A stretch of DNA of 64,000 bases from a bacterium (GTDB lineage Bacteria; UBP6; UBA1177). Position 1 is the stretch's first letter; every line of letters begins with the position of its first letter. Both the position numbers and the translations under genes were made by a program. The DNA lies in the NCBI GenBank assembly GCA_017405875.1, contig JAFQZM010000020.1, positions 9,422-73,421 of the forward strand. The letters are read 5' to 3'. Positions 37,011-46,692 of the stretch are shown piece by piece. The notes below the pieces were generated by a model. That model made no database searches and was not told the origin of the DNA. It was given only the letters and a program-made list of their open reading frames with translations.

Positions 37011-39593
37011 ATGAAAAAATTATCCTTTTTTGCGTTGCTGACTCTTTTCAGCATCTCTCTTTTTGCCGAAAAAGTTTACAGAAGCGACGGAACTTTTTTT
37101 GAGATTGAGAGAAACGGTGACGTTTTTGCTTCAAAAATCGATGCAGCTTCGCTCAAAGCACCCGAAAACTACAAGATGAAGTGGCGCTCAAACGACGGAT
37201 TCATAGTTATTGACAAAAAAAATCAGGGAAATCTGCCGGTTTACCTTTCAGGAATGAATTTCGTAATCGCCGATTCAAAACTGTTCTACAAAGGAACAAA
37301 AAGTGTTGAATTTATTGAGAAAAAATACAACATCAAAGCAGTAGAACTTATGAGCGGTTACGATTATATCAAATTTGACGGTGCGACCGACAGCGTCAAA
37401 ATCGCTCAGCAGATTGTTGAAAACGGTGACGGATTCGCGTTTCCCAACCTTTACAGAAGATACGAACTTAAAGCCGTCAATCCCGTCAAGTTCCCGATCA
37501 AGGACAAATACTATACTGAAAACTATCAGTGGTCGCTTAAAAACACGGGAACCGGAATCGGTTACGAAGCAACGGAAGCCGGTTATCAAATCAAGGAAAT
37601 GGACATTCTGAAACACGCTGATGTCAAGTTTGAAGAGGCTATGGAGTTTATCCATGACCAGATCGAAGCCGGTAATCTTGAGAATTTCAACGAAAAAACG
37701 AAAGTTGCCATCATGGACAGCGGTGTCGATTTCGAGCATCCCGACCTCAAAAACAAACTTGAAGACGGCTTCAACATGGTTCATGAAGGCGAAACGGGAA
37801 ATCCCGGCACTTACACTCCCGATCCTGAAGACCCGATGTCGGATGCATCTTACTATTCGCACGGAACAAACTGCGCCGGCGTCGCTGCAGCGGAAGGCAA
37901 CGAGATCGGAACAGTCGGAATATGCCCGTGGTGCGGAATTTATCCCGTTACCTACATGGAAGGCGGAATCGGAACGATGGAATCCGGCGAAAAGCTGATG
38001 GAAGTTTACGAAAAATACACTGAAGATCCTGAAATCGTAGCAATCAACTGCTCTTTCGGTCCGGCGGCAGGTTACGGCAATATTCCGGCATCACAGGATG
38101 AAATCGAAAGCCACAAAAAATTCATGGAAGAAGGAAGAAACGGCAAGGGCGGCGTCATCGTCTACGCAAGCGGTAACGACGGCATCGATGCGGCCTACAC
38201 CGGAATCCTTTCATACGAATTCAAACTGAAACGCGGCGAAAAAAATGTTAAAAGCAGCGTTGTCACGGTCGGCGCAAGCTCTGCGTGGGATACGCGAGTC
38301 ACTTATTCTAACTACGGTGACATGATAGACATAGTTGCTCCGTCGCTTTCGATCAGACCTTTGATAGGCATTGCAACGAGTTTCCTCACAGGCTACGGAG
38401 ACCTTGACGATGACTATACGAACCAGTTCAGCGGAACTTCTTCATCGACTCCGGTCATCACAGGCGCGTTCGGCGTTATTTTCTCGGTAAATCCGGAACT
38501 TACGCTTGAAGAAGCAGTCTATATCCTTCACGAAAGTGCCGACAAAGTTAATCCGGAAACCGGTTTTTACGATAAAGACGGTCACAGCATAAAATTCGGC
38601 TACGGCAGACTCAATCTGCTCAAAGCTGTCAGACTCGCGATGGGTCTCGACATGTGCGAGGAAAGCGCCGACGAAGTAGCCGACAATCTTGACAACAACT
38701 GCGACGGCAGCGTTGACGAAGGTCTGAATAAAGACATTTCCAAAGTCTCGGCAAAGTGCAAAGAGGCAAAAGACTGCGAAACAGCCGACTTCAAAGGTGA
38801 CGATGTCGATTGTCTTACGGGAGAATTCGGCAAGTTCAAATTGAACGACGGTTACTGCATAATCAAAAACAGCAACTTCACATGTCCTGACGGAACGGCA
38901 CAAAACAGTGACTATGACCCTGAATGTCTTCTTGAGTGCAACAATGATCACCCGTGTCCTGAAGGTTTCGGGTGCACTGATGAAATGCTCGGCAAGTGCT
39001 TTCCTGAATGTTCGGAAGATACTGATTGTTCCCAAGGCGCTTACTGCGACAAAACAACAAAACTCTGTCACCTGAATCCGTCAGAACCGATGGGAGCGTG
39101 CGAAACCGGTGAAGACTGCAAATACAACGCAACGATGTGCATGGCCGAAGTACCCGGCGGAATATGCATCATCATGTGCAGTGATGACTACCGCTGCAAT
39201 GATGAGGAAGACAGCCCCAACAAATGTGCAGAAGTTGAGTTCGGGCCATACGGCACCTACAACATCTGTCTTCCGGGCTGCGAAGACGACAGTCAGTGCA
39301 GAAGTTTCGGTTTCGGTCCCGATTACGACATGAAGTGCCACAAACTCTACAACGGCAAAGAAAATATCTGTGGAATGCCGTGCAAAAGAGACGAAGACTG
39401 CCGCGATTATGAGGACGAAACAAAATGCGTAGAATCAAGGTGTGTTCCGCGCAACGAACCCGACGAACCGACGGACAGCGATACCGTTGCCGACGAAGAA
39501 CCTGCTGACGATTCAGATGATGACGACATGACTCTTGACGATGACCAGCCGGCAAAGAAAAAATCAAGCGGCTGTTCAGTGATCACCCTTTAA
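37011..39593 (+). CDS. secreted subtilisin-like serine protease (peptidase S8) with a long C-terminal Cys-rich repeat region and an acidic tail
   Basis: Signal peptide MKKLSFFALLTLFSISLFA. Catalytic triad blocks AIMDSGVD (Asp), HGTNCAGVAAA (His) and GTSSSTPVITG (Ser). The C-terminal ~300 aa hold more than 40 Cys in CxxxxDC-type modules, then a D/E-rich tail. RBS GGAGGAATC. Confidence 0.8.
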   Translation: MKKLSFFALLTLFSISLFAEKVYRSDGTFFEIERNGDVFASKIDAASLKAPENYKMKWRSNDGFIVIDKKNQGNLPVYLSGMNFVIADSKLFYKGTKSVEFIEKKYNIKAVELMSGYDYIKFDGATDSVKIAQQIVENGDGFAFPNLYRRYELKAVNPVKFPIKDKYYTENYQWSLKNTGTGIGYEATEAGYQIKEMDILKHADVKFEEAMEFIHDQIEAGNLENFNEKTKVAIMDSGVDFEHPDLKNKLEDGFNMVHEGETGNPGTYTPDPEDPMSDASYYSHGTNCAGVAAAEGNEIGTVGICPWCGIYPVTYMEGGIGTMESGEKLMEVYEKYTEDPEIVAINCSFGPAAGYGNIPASQDEIESHKKFMEEGRNGKGGVIVYASGNDGIDAAYTGILSYEFKLKRGEKNVKSSVVTVGASSAWDTRVTYSNYGDMIDIVAPSLSIRPLIGIATSFLTGYGDLDDDYTNQFSGTSSSTPVITGAFGVIFSVNPELTLEEAVYILHESADKVNPETGFYDKDGHSIKFGYGRLNLLKAVRLAMGLDMCEESADEVADNLDNNCDGSVDEGLNKDISKVSAKCKEAKDCETADFKGDDVDCLTGEFGKFKLNDGYCIIKNSNFTCPDGTAQNSDYDPECLLECNNDHPCPEGFGCTDEMLGKCFPECSEDTDCSQGAYCDKTTKLCHLNPSEPMGACETGEDCKYNATMCMAEVPGGICIIMCSDDYRCNDEEDSPNKCAEVEFGPYGTYNICLPGCEDDSQCRSFGFGPDYDMKCHKLYNGKENICGMPCKRDEDCRDYEDETKCVESRCVPRNEPDEPTDSDTVADEEPADDSDDDDMTLDDDQPAKKKSSGCSVITL

Positions 39594-39596
39594 AAT

Positions 39597-40739
39597 CTAA
39601 GAAAAAACCAGAAGATCAGGTTTGATTATCAGAATAAGACCGAGCGTGAGCATGAGAAGTCCGCTCACGAGTTTGAGCTTTTTCGCGTGTTTTTCTTCGA
39701 ATCTGTGCTTACCCATCGTGACAACGAACATAAGCACGATTATTGCAAGCGGAACAACGTAATAAACATTGTAAAGCGCCATGAAGAGATATTTTTTGAG
39801 GGTCGAGACATTCTGGATCGAAAGGACTCTCGTGTAGATTGCGGGAAGCCCGATCGTACAGCCGAGCTCAATCAGATTTACGAAAAACGCAAGTGCAATA
39901 GTTCCGAGAATCGACAAAAACATATTTTTGTTGTTGATGACACGCCTCATTTTCTCAAAAAGTTTCGGTTTGACTTTATCGGGAATCATCAGGCTCACAC
40001 CTTTTTTGAAGAAGAAAAACTCCTTCATGTTGATAAGTCCCATAATGATTGCAACAACACCGAGCGCGATCGTGACATAAGTCGTCATTCCCATAAACGT
40101 GAAAATATTGAGCCACGCCGTCATGAAAAGGAAATAAACAACGCCTGAAGAAATAACGAAAACCGAGCCTATCATTATAACTTTTTTCCTGTCTTTCGCA
40201 GCGACAAGAAGGGTGAGAAGGAACATCAGAACCCACATTGCACACGGGTTTACGCCGTCCAGAAGACCGATTATGAAGGTAAAACTCGGAAGTTTGACAA
40301 GCTGCGCGTCGATTTTCCCGAGAACCGGAACGTCAATCACGTTTTCCTTGCACTCCTGACACTGCTCACCGCACGATTCTCCGTCAGCCTTGTTCATTTC
40401 TATCATTTCACGGATAAGCGCGTCGTGGTGACCCGACTGGAAACCGACGATGAATTTTCCGTTGAAAATGAATGTCGGAACTCCGCCGCCCTGAATACCG
40501 AGCTTTTGCGTCATTTCTCTGAAAAGTTTCATATTTTCAGGAACTTGCAGAACTTCCAGCTTTTTAAAAGTTATATCGGGATATTCATGCTCAATAGCTG
40601 CGATGAACGGCTGCGCCTCGTGGCAGTGCGAACACTTATACGAATAAAAAAAGTAAAAAATATTGTCTTTCTGCACTTCTTCTGCAGAAACGGCAAATGA
40701 AACAAGCGCAAGAAGGAGCAGCAGGAAAAATTTTTTCAT
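39597..40739 (-). CDS. thioredoxin-like domain (CSHC) fused to a DsbD/CcdA-like transmembrane disulfide-transfer domain
   Basis: Signal peptide, then a Trx fold with CSHC. The C-terminal polytopic domain carries GVNPCAMWVL, like CcdA/DsbD-beta. The start was set at MKKFF. Confidence 0.65.
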   Translation of the reverse strand: MKKFFLLLLLALVSFAVSAEEVQKDNIFYFFYSYKCSHCHEAQPFIAAIEHEYPDITFKKLEVLQVPENMKLFREMTQKLGIQGGGVPTFIFNGKFIVGFQSGHHDALIREMIEMNKADGESCGEQCQECKENVIDVPVLGKIDAQLVKLPSFTFIIGLLDGVNPCAMWVLMFLLTLLVAAKDRKKVIMIGSVFVISSGVVYFLFMTAWLNIFTFMGMTTYVTIALGVVAIIMGLINMKEFFFFKKGVSLMIPDKVKPKLFEKMRRVINNKNMFLSILGTIALAFFVNLIELGCTIGLPAIYTRVLSIQNVSTLKKYLFMALYNVYYVVPLAIIVLMFVVTMGKHRFEEKHAKKLKLVSGLLMLTLGLILIIKPDLLVFS

Positions 40740-40756
40740 AAAAACCCCCAAAGTTA

Positions 40757-40781
40757 CGAACAAAAAAATCCGGCAATCATA
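40757..40781 (-). promoter_or_regulatory. promoter motif TATGAT-TGCCGGA-TTTTTTTG (minus sense) upstream of the DsbD-like gene
   Basis: Reverse complement reads GGCTATGATTGCCGGATTTTTTTGTTCG, 37 nt upstream of the ATG at 40739. Confidence 0.4.
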
Positions 40782-40817
40782 GCCAAAAACATTTTTTTAA
40801 CAAAAAAACAGCAGATT

Positions 40818-41195
40818 TTATTTCCGCGGCTCCTTTTTGACGGGACGCCCGATCATCGCACGGATTTTTTCTTCATAGACCCCTTTTTTAAATCCGACGA
40901 CATACTGGTCTCTGAAAACAAAAGTCGGGACACCGCCGCCCTTGATTCCCAGTTTTTCAACTTTTTTATTGAAAATCGCCATATTTTCAGGCGCTTTGGA
41001 AAGTTCAAGTTTCTTAAATTCAATATTCGGAAACTCTTTTTCCAATTCCTCTATAAAAGGCATTGCTTCGTGACAGTGCGGACACGACTCGGAATAGAAA
41101 AAATAAAATCTTTCGCTTTTCTGCGGAGTCTCTCCGGCAGAGAGCATCAACGAAATCATTGCCGAAACAAGTAAAATAAAAATTTTCTTCATAGC
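40818..41195 (-). CDS. secreted thioredoxin-like protein (CPHC), paralog of the N-terminal domain of the adjacent DsbD-like protein
   Basis: FYFFYSESCPHCHEAMPFIE...GGGVPTFVF aligns with FYFFYSYKCSHCHEAQPFIA...GGGVPTFIF of the neighbouring gene. Signal peptide present. The start was set at MKKIF (ATG 41195; AAGGTG upstream). Confidence 0.65.
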   Translation of the reverse strand, partial: AMKKIFILLVSAMISLMLSAGETPQKSERFYFFYSESCPHCHEAMPFIEELEKEFPNIEFKKLELSKAPENMAIFNKKVEKLGIKGGGVPTFVFRDQYVVGFKKGVYEEKIRAMIGRPVKKEPRK

Positions 41196-41214
41196 ACTTT
41201 TCACCTTCACAAAT

Positions 41215-41237
41215 TACAAAAAAACAGGGCATTATAC
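41215..41237 (-). promoter_or_regulatory. promoter TTGTTT, 16-nt spacer, TATAAT-GCCCTG-TTTTTTTG (minus sense) for the Trx-like gene
   Basis: Reverse complement reads CGCCGTATAATGCCCTGTTTTTTTGTAATTTG, 36 nt upstream of the ATG at 41195. Confidence 0.5.
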
Positions 41238-41268
41238 GGCGTTTTTTATTTAAAACAACCAAATTATA

Positions 41269-41310
41269 TTGACATTTCGGAGTTTTTGAATATGCTGTCG
41301 CGGTTTTTTG
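41269..41310 (+). promoter_or_regulatory. sigma70-type promoter TTGACA, 16-nt spacer, TATGCT, then GTCGCGG-TTTTTTG
   Basis: A canonical -35/-10 pair with the recurring GC-rich / T-tract downstream element, about 45 nt upstream of the ATG at 41338. Confidence 0.5.
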
Positions 41311-41337
41311 GTTCTAACCATTTTGGAGGGTATAAAA

Positions 41338-41580
41338 ATGGCTAACAAAGATTTCGACAAAATAACAAAACTTCCTGTTGACGAACGTTGCGAAGGTTGC
41401 GACAAAGTTGAGACGACAGAAGCAGGCAGCTTCTGCAAAAAATATGCAGATCCTTCATTTCACTGGGAAAATGACCAGGTTTGTTCTTTTGCTTCCCATG
41501 TAAAAAGAGAAGTTAAAGTTGTTACTAAGAAGCTCAATCCTCTTAAGGCTTCGAAAAGAGCTTCCGGTAAAAAGAAATAA
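41338..41580 (+). CDS. small Lys-rich four-Cys protein (hypothetical, ~80 aa)
   Basis: Starts MANKDFDK, has CEGC...C...C spacing and a K-rich tail. RBS GGAGGG. It is the first gene of a two-gene plus-strand unit. Confidence 0.4.
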   Translation: MANKDFDKITKLPVDERCEGCDKVETTEAGSFCKKYADPSFHWENDQVCSFASHVKREVKVVTKKLNPLKASKRASGKKK

Positions 41581-41591
41581 GTTTCTGAATT

Positions 41592-43181
41592 TTGGAACAC
41601 TTCTATTTTATCCGGTTTCCCGAACAGATATTCAATCTTCGGCAGGATATTTCCGAGGGAATTCCTGTAATTCCGTTTTTTGACGATTTCGAAACTTTCA
41701 ATCGGATAATTGCATCATTAAAACGCAAAAAATCGGTAACAGCCGTATTTTACGAAAAAAGTTCTTATCCGTTCGACCTTTTTTTACAGAACTGCGCCAT
41801 TTTTGATTATGTTTTTCTGGCTGATTCTTCAATTGTAAAACCTTTGCGCGAAGCGGGATTTACCGGAAAAATCGCACTTTTTTCAAATTTCCGGATGATT
41901 TCTTTTCCCGATTTTTTTAAAGATTTCGGTGTATTGCCTGTTGTCAGCGGAAAAGCCGATTTCAAATTCGCACAGGACAGCGGTCTGGAGCCGGTTTATT
42001 TCGTTTCAGACAAAGCGTGCATCGCAGAATTCGGGCTCTGCCTTTCGAGAAAAAGCGTTCCGCAGCACTGCTTCAACTGCGACAACCGGTGCCGCGAGAA
42101 AAGTACGACGAAGCCCGGACTTGAATTTCCGGTCTCGATGAAGCCCGATCTCAACGCGCCGAACGATGCACCTTTTTTGCTTTTTTCGGAAAGAACTTTC
42201 TTTCCTGAAGTAAAAGCAGTCTGCGCCAGAGACAAAATCTTAGAAAAATCATGGAATTACCGTTATCCGATCGGAGTAGAGATTCTTAAGCCGGGAAAAT
42301 CAAAGGACAGCAGAACATATTCTTTCCTTCTCGACAAAACCTCTTCGGCGATGTTCGACAAAGACCTTCTGGGATTTTACGGCTATTCGGGCGCTTTCTA
42401 TAAAGGCAAATGGATTGACGCCAAGAATGTGAGAAAAGTTGATGACACCAAACTTTGCGCTGAAATTTCAGGAAGTTACAAATCCGTTCTGCTTATTTGC
42501 AGATATACGGAAGAAGAAAAGGACTTTCTCAAAAAAGCACGTCACCATATCTACACTCTGCCTTACCAGGAAGTGATTCCGGCTCCGGTAAAAGAGGAAA
42601 ATGTTCCGGAAAAGAAAAAAACTTTCAGAAAATATTCGGAAAGGGCGAAAATCACTCTGATTTCCGACGACATCAAAAAATTCGCAGTTTTCAAGAGCAA
42701 AAACGTCGAACGGTATGTTTTTATCTACAACCGCAATATTCCGAAAGGTTTTTCCGACTACATTTACATCGCGGGAAATCTTGTGGAAAAGGATTTTGAG
42801 GATATCGCCTCGGTTGAAAAATTAAAGGGGATCGTCGTTTCGGACATAATCATGAAAGAGGTCCTTCAAAAAATTTTCCCTAAACTTGAAATTCTACTTC
42901 ATCCTTTTGCATACAGCGATTCCGAAGAGGCTCCGTCATATCTGTCGGCTTCAACTTCGATATTCGTTTCGCGCTTCAGATCGGAAAACAGAAACAACTA
43001 CGCATGGCCTGACATAAATATTTTTCTTAAAAACCACATCGGTTACTCCGAGTTCATCTCGCACAAAAAAATGATCCGCAACGGCGGAAAAAGGGAACTT
43101 TGGGTAAACATCGCCGACATTTCGGACGACGCTGTCAGATTTTTAAAATCACAGGCAATTCTGATGGTTAGCGGAATGTGA
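41592..43181 (+). CDS. hypothetical 529-aa protein
   Basis: A long ORF with normal codon usage and no motif I can assign. It contains HCFNCDNRC. Confidence 0.45.
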   Translation: MEHFYFIRFPEQIFNLRQDISEGIPVIPFFDDFETFNRIIASLKRKKSVTAVFYEKSSYPFDLFLQNCAIFDYVFLADSSIVKPLREAGFTGKIALFSNFRMISFPDFFKDFGVLPVVSGKADFKFAQDSGLEPVYFVSDKACIAEFGLCLSRKSVPQHCFNCDNRCREKSTTKPGLEFPVSMKPDLNAPNDAPFLLFSERTFFPEVKAVCARDKILEKSWNYRYPIGVEILKPGKSKDSRTYSFLLDKTSSAMFDKDLLGFYGYSGAFYKGKWIDAKNVRKVDDTKLCAEISGSYKSVLLICRYTEEEKDFLKKARHHIYTLPYQEVIPAPVKEENVPEKKKTFRKYSERAKITLISDDIKKFAVFKSKNVERYVFIYNRNIPKGFSDYIYIAGNLVEKDFEDIASVEKLKGIVVSDIIMKEVLQKIFPKLEILLHPFAYSDSEEAPSYLSASTSIFVSRFRSENRNNYAWPDINIFLKNHIGYSEFISHKKMIRNGGKRELWVNIADISDDAVRFLKSQAILMVSGM

Positions 43182-43186
43182 GGCAG

Positions 43187-43465
43187 CTATTCGCCGCACT
43201 TTTTCTGATCTTTATTGAAATCGGGATTTTCTTCGGTTCTTCTGATATTGTTTTTAAGTTTAAGCTTTTCGATGTTCAATTTCTGTATTTTCAGCGATTT
43301 CATCGGCACTTTGATATTTTTTCTCAGTTCTTTAGATTCAATTTTTTCTTCGACGGCAGGTTTTTCAGGCTGGACAGAACTTATAGAACCGGTTTGACCG
43401 GCAACAACAGCGAATATTGCGATTGCCGCCGCGATAATTATTACAGCAATAACAACTTTTTTCAT
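43187..43465 (-). CDS. small membrane-anchored protein (hypothetical)
   Basis: An N-terminal hydrophobic helix MKKVVIAVIIIAAAIAIFAVVAG, then a K/E-rich segment. Confidence 0.4.
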   Translation of the reverse strand: MKKVVIAVIIIAAAIAIFAVVAGQTGSISSVQPEKPAVEEKIESKELRKNIKVPMKSLKIQKLNIEKLKLKNNIRRTEENPDFNKDQKKCGE

Positions 43466-43471
43466 TTGACC

Positions 43472-44409
43472 TCAGTGAACTATTCTCGTTCCTGTTTTGC
43501 CTTCCATAGCCTCGGTGAGTTTGTCTTCGGAAGTGATTATAACGACTTTTTTGCGGTCGTTTTTGACGAAATCTATCGCCGCTTTAATCTTGGGTCCCAT
43601 GCTTCCTGCCGGGAATTCGCCCTGAGCCAGATATTTTTCGGCTTCTGCGGAAGTCATTGAGTCAAGCCAAGTCGGTTTGTCTGACTTGAAGTTTACTGCG
43701 ACTTTCTCAACACCCGTGAGAATTACGACCATATCTGCATCGATCGTCTGTGCGATCATTACGCTGGCTAAATCTTTGTCGATAACGGCGTCGATCCCCT
43801 GATACCCCGATTTGTCCTTGCTTCTGTAAACCGGAATTCCGCCGCCGCCGCCTGTGATGACGGTGAAACCCGCATCAATAAGCGTGTTCATGGCTTCCGG
43901 ATTGAGAACTCTGAGAGGCATAGGCGAAGGAACGACTCTGCGGTAACCGCGACCGCTGTCTTCCACCATTTTCCAGCCGTTTTTCATCTTCATCAGAGCT
44001 TTCTGCTGATTATAGAAAGGACCGACCGGCTTTGTCGGCTTTTTGAATGCCGGATCAAGCGGATTTACTTCGATCTGAGTAACCAGAGTCGCAACTTTTG
44101 CACGCGATCCTGCTTTGCTGAGGCAGTTCATAAGCCCCTGCTCGATCATGTATCCCATGCTGCCCTGCGTGTCTGCGACGCATACGACGAGCGGATCGGG
44201 ATAAACTTCGGTCTCAGCCATTTCGTTGCGGATGAGCCTAGCACCAGCCTGAGGGCCGTTTCCGTGAGTGATTACAACCTGATGTCCTTCCTTTATAAGC
44301 TGGACGATGCCGTCCATTGAAGCGCGGATATTTCTTTCCTGATCTTCGACAGTTCCTTTGTCTCCCGGTTTTATCAGGGCATTGCCGCCGAGCGCGATCA
44401 CTATTTTCA
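43472..44409 (-). CDS. carbamate kinase-like protein
   Basis: MKIVIALGGNAL...VVITHGNGPQ matches the amino-acid-kinase fold of carbamate kinase. The start was set at MKIV with GGAG upstream. Confidence 0.75.
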
Positions 44410-44420
44410 TAAAAACTCCA

Positions 44421-44456
44421 TCAAAAAAAGAAAGAGGGGACAACCGCCCCCTCTTT
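44421..44456 (-). terminator. intrinsic terminator hairpin (9-bp GC-rich stem AAAGAGGGG/CCCCTCTTT) followed by a T-tract on the minus strand
   Basis: A perfect inverted repeat at 44431-44439 and 44448-44456, with CTTTTTTTG downstream in minus sense. It lies between the GTPase-like gene and the carbamate kinase gene. Confidence 0.6.
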
Positions 44457-44477
44457 AAAAAAATCAGTTACAAAAAA

Positions 44478-45834
44478 CTATTTGCAGCAGCCTTTGCATT
44501 TGAAAAGTTTTTCAACAGCTTCTTTAAGCAGTTCTGCACCGTTTCCTCTCGGAGCAAGTTCGTAGCCAACGCGTACGATCGGTTTGTTGACTTTTACAAC
44601 TCTGCCGAGGTCGATCGGGGTACCGCTGAGAACGATATCAGCGTCTATTGCGTTGATCGTCTTCTCAAGGTCTCTGGTCTGCTCTTCGCCGTATCCCATA
44701 GCCGGAAGGATGCCTTCGCCGATGTTCGGATATTTTTTGTAGGTGAAAGCGATTTTGCCGACAGCTGCCGGTCTCGGGTCAACCATCTCTTTAACGCCGA
44801 ATCTCTTAGCTGCTACGCTTGCAGCACCGATCTTCATGCCGCCGTGGGTAAGTGTCGGGCCGTCTTCAACAACGAGGACTCTCTTTCCTTTGATGTCGCC
44901 GTCAACGGTAAGTTCTGAGTCAGCTTCGATAATAACTGCGTTCGGAGCGAGTCTCTTGCAGTTAGCTTTAACTGTTTCGATATCTTCCGGTTTCGCGCTG
45001 TCCATCTTGTTGATGACGATAACGTCAGCCATAAGAACATTGACTTCGCCCGGATAGTAAAGGCATTCGTGACCCGGACGGAGAGGATCTACGACAACGA
45101 TCTTGAGGTCTGATTCATAGAACGGGAAATCGTTGTTTCCGCCGTCCCAGAGGATGACATCGGGTTCGCCGTCGATATCTTTTTCAGCCTGACGAAGGAT
45201 AGCTTCGTAGTCAACGCCTGCATAAATTACGTTGCCTGCAGCAATGTGCGGCTCGTACTCTTCCATTTCTTCGATGGTGCAGTTGTTAGCTTTGAGGTCT
45301 TCGATCTTAGCGAAGCGCTGAACAGCCTGTTTGTTGAGGTCAGGATCGTAAGGCATCGGGTGACGTACTGCAACGACCTTTTTGCCCATTTTCTTGAAAA
45401 TATCATAGATGAATCTTGTGGTCTGGCTTTTGCCGCAGCCGGTTCTTACAGCGCAGATCGAGATGATCGGTTTGCATGATTTGATTTTCGTCTTGTCATA
45501 GCCCATAAGAACGAAGTCAGCGCCGAGCGAGTTAACGAGAGCGCCCTTGCTCATAACTATCGGATAGTAAATGTCGCTGTAAGCAAATACGCAGATTTCA
45601 ACGCCGAGTTCTTTAACGAGTCTCGGAAGTTCGGTTTCGTCATAAATCGGAATACCGTTCGGGTAAAGGTCTTCACCTGCGAGTTCTTTCGGATACTTTC
45701 TTCCGTCGATGTCAGGAATCTGAGTCGCGGTGAAAGCAACTACTTCGTACTCCTTGTTGTGTCTGAAATAGGTGTTGAAGTTGTGGAAATCTCTACCGGC
45801 AGCACCCATGATGAGAACTTTTTTTCTGGTCATT
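44478..45834 (-). CDS. predicted P-loop GTPase, cyclic 2,3-diphosphoglycerate synthetase-like (COG2403 family)
   Basis: A mid-protein Walker A AVRTGCGKS and an N-terminal Rossmann-like KVLIMGAAGRDFH. Family assignment is from memory only. The start was set at MTRKK with GGAGGA upstream. Confidence 0.55.
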
Positions 45835-45861
45835 TGTTCCTCCAAATGTTAAGTTATTAAA

Positions 45862-45901
45862 ACGGCCGGACAAGGTCAACGGCGGCCGGACACAGTCAAC
45901 G
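45862..45901. repeat. tandem 20-bp direct repeat CGGCCGGACA(A/C)(G/A)GTCAACGG, two copies, in a promoter region
   Basis: It lies 30-70 bp upstream of the GTPase-like gene start. Each unit contains a TTGAC (-35-like) on the minus strand. Confidence 0.6.
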
Positions 45902-45978
45902 GCGCAGGAAAATATCATACTAAAATCCTATGTCAAGCGTAAAAGAAAAAATTTAGAGGTGATTCTGCTTATAAGAAT

Positions 45979-46671
45979 TTAGTTTTCTTTCGAAAGGAAG
46001 TTCCAGATTACGGCTGCAAGTGCCGCGCCGATGAGCGGAGCAACTATGAATACCCAGAGAGCCGCGACCGGAGCCGTGTTTCCGCTGATTGCAGCAACGA
46101 GAGCCGGTCCGAAACTTCTTGCCGGGTTGACAGACGTTCCGGTGAGACCGATGCCGAGAATGTGGACGAGAACGAGCGTGAAGCCGATAACTACGCCCGC
46201 AAACGAGCCGTGGTTGCCTTTCTTCGATGTTACACCGAGGATAGTGAGAACGAAGAAGAACGTAAGGACGATTTCAACGATGAGGCCAGCTGCAACACTT
46301 CCGTTGACACCTGCAAGACCGTTCGTGCCGAAACCGCCGGTTTTGTCAGCAACGCCGCCGAGATTGAATATTGCAGCAAGAAGTCCTGCACCTGCAAGTG
46401 CGCCCAGACACTGTGAAATTACGTAGCCGATGAAGTCTTTGACTGTCATTCCGCCTGTCATAAGCACGCCGAGCGAAACAGCCGGATTGATGTGGCAGCC
46501 GGAGATGTTGCCTACGCAGTAAGCCATTCCGACTATTGTAAGACCGAATGCAAGCGCGGTAAGAAGGTATCCGCAGCCCGAAGCAGCGTCGCAGCCGACA
46601 AGCATTGCCGTGCCGCAGCCAAGTGTTACAAGTGCACAAGTGCCGATAAATTCAGCGATGTAAGATTTCAT
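45979..46671 (-). CDS. aqpZ: MIP-family channel (aquaporin Z-like)
   Basis: Two NPA boxes (HINPAVSLG and SVNPARSFGP) and six TM helices in 230 aa. Confidence 0.8.
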   Translation of the reverse strand: MKSYIAEFIGTCALVTLGCGTAMLVGCDAASGCGYLLTALAFGLTIVGMAYCVGNISGCHINPAVSLGVLMTGGMTVKDFIGYVISQCLGALAGAGLLAAIFNLGGVADKTGGFGTNGLAGVNGSVAAGLIVEIVLTFFFVLTILGVTSKKGNHGSFAGVVIGFTLVLVHILGIGLTGTSVNPARSFGPALVAAISGNTAPVAALWVFIVAPLIGAALAAVIWNFLSKEN

Positions 46672-46692
46672 AACAAATCCTCCTAAATAAAA

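Noticed and set aside
41592-43181. B12-binding/radical-SAM assignment for the 529-aa protein
   Set aside because: Its Cys spacing is CxxCxxxC rather than CxxxCxxC, and no glycine-rich SAM-binding motif is evident.
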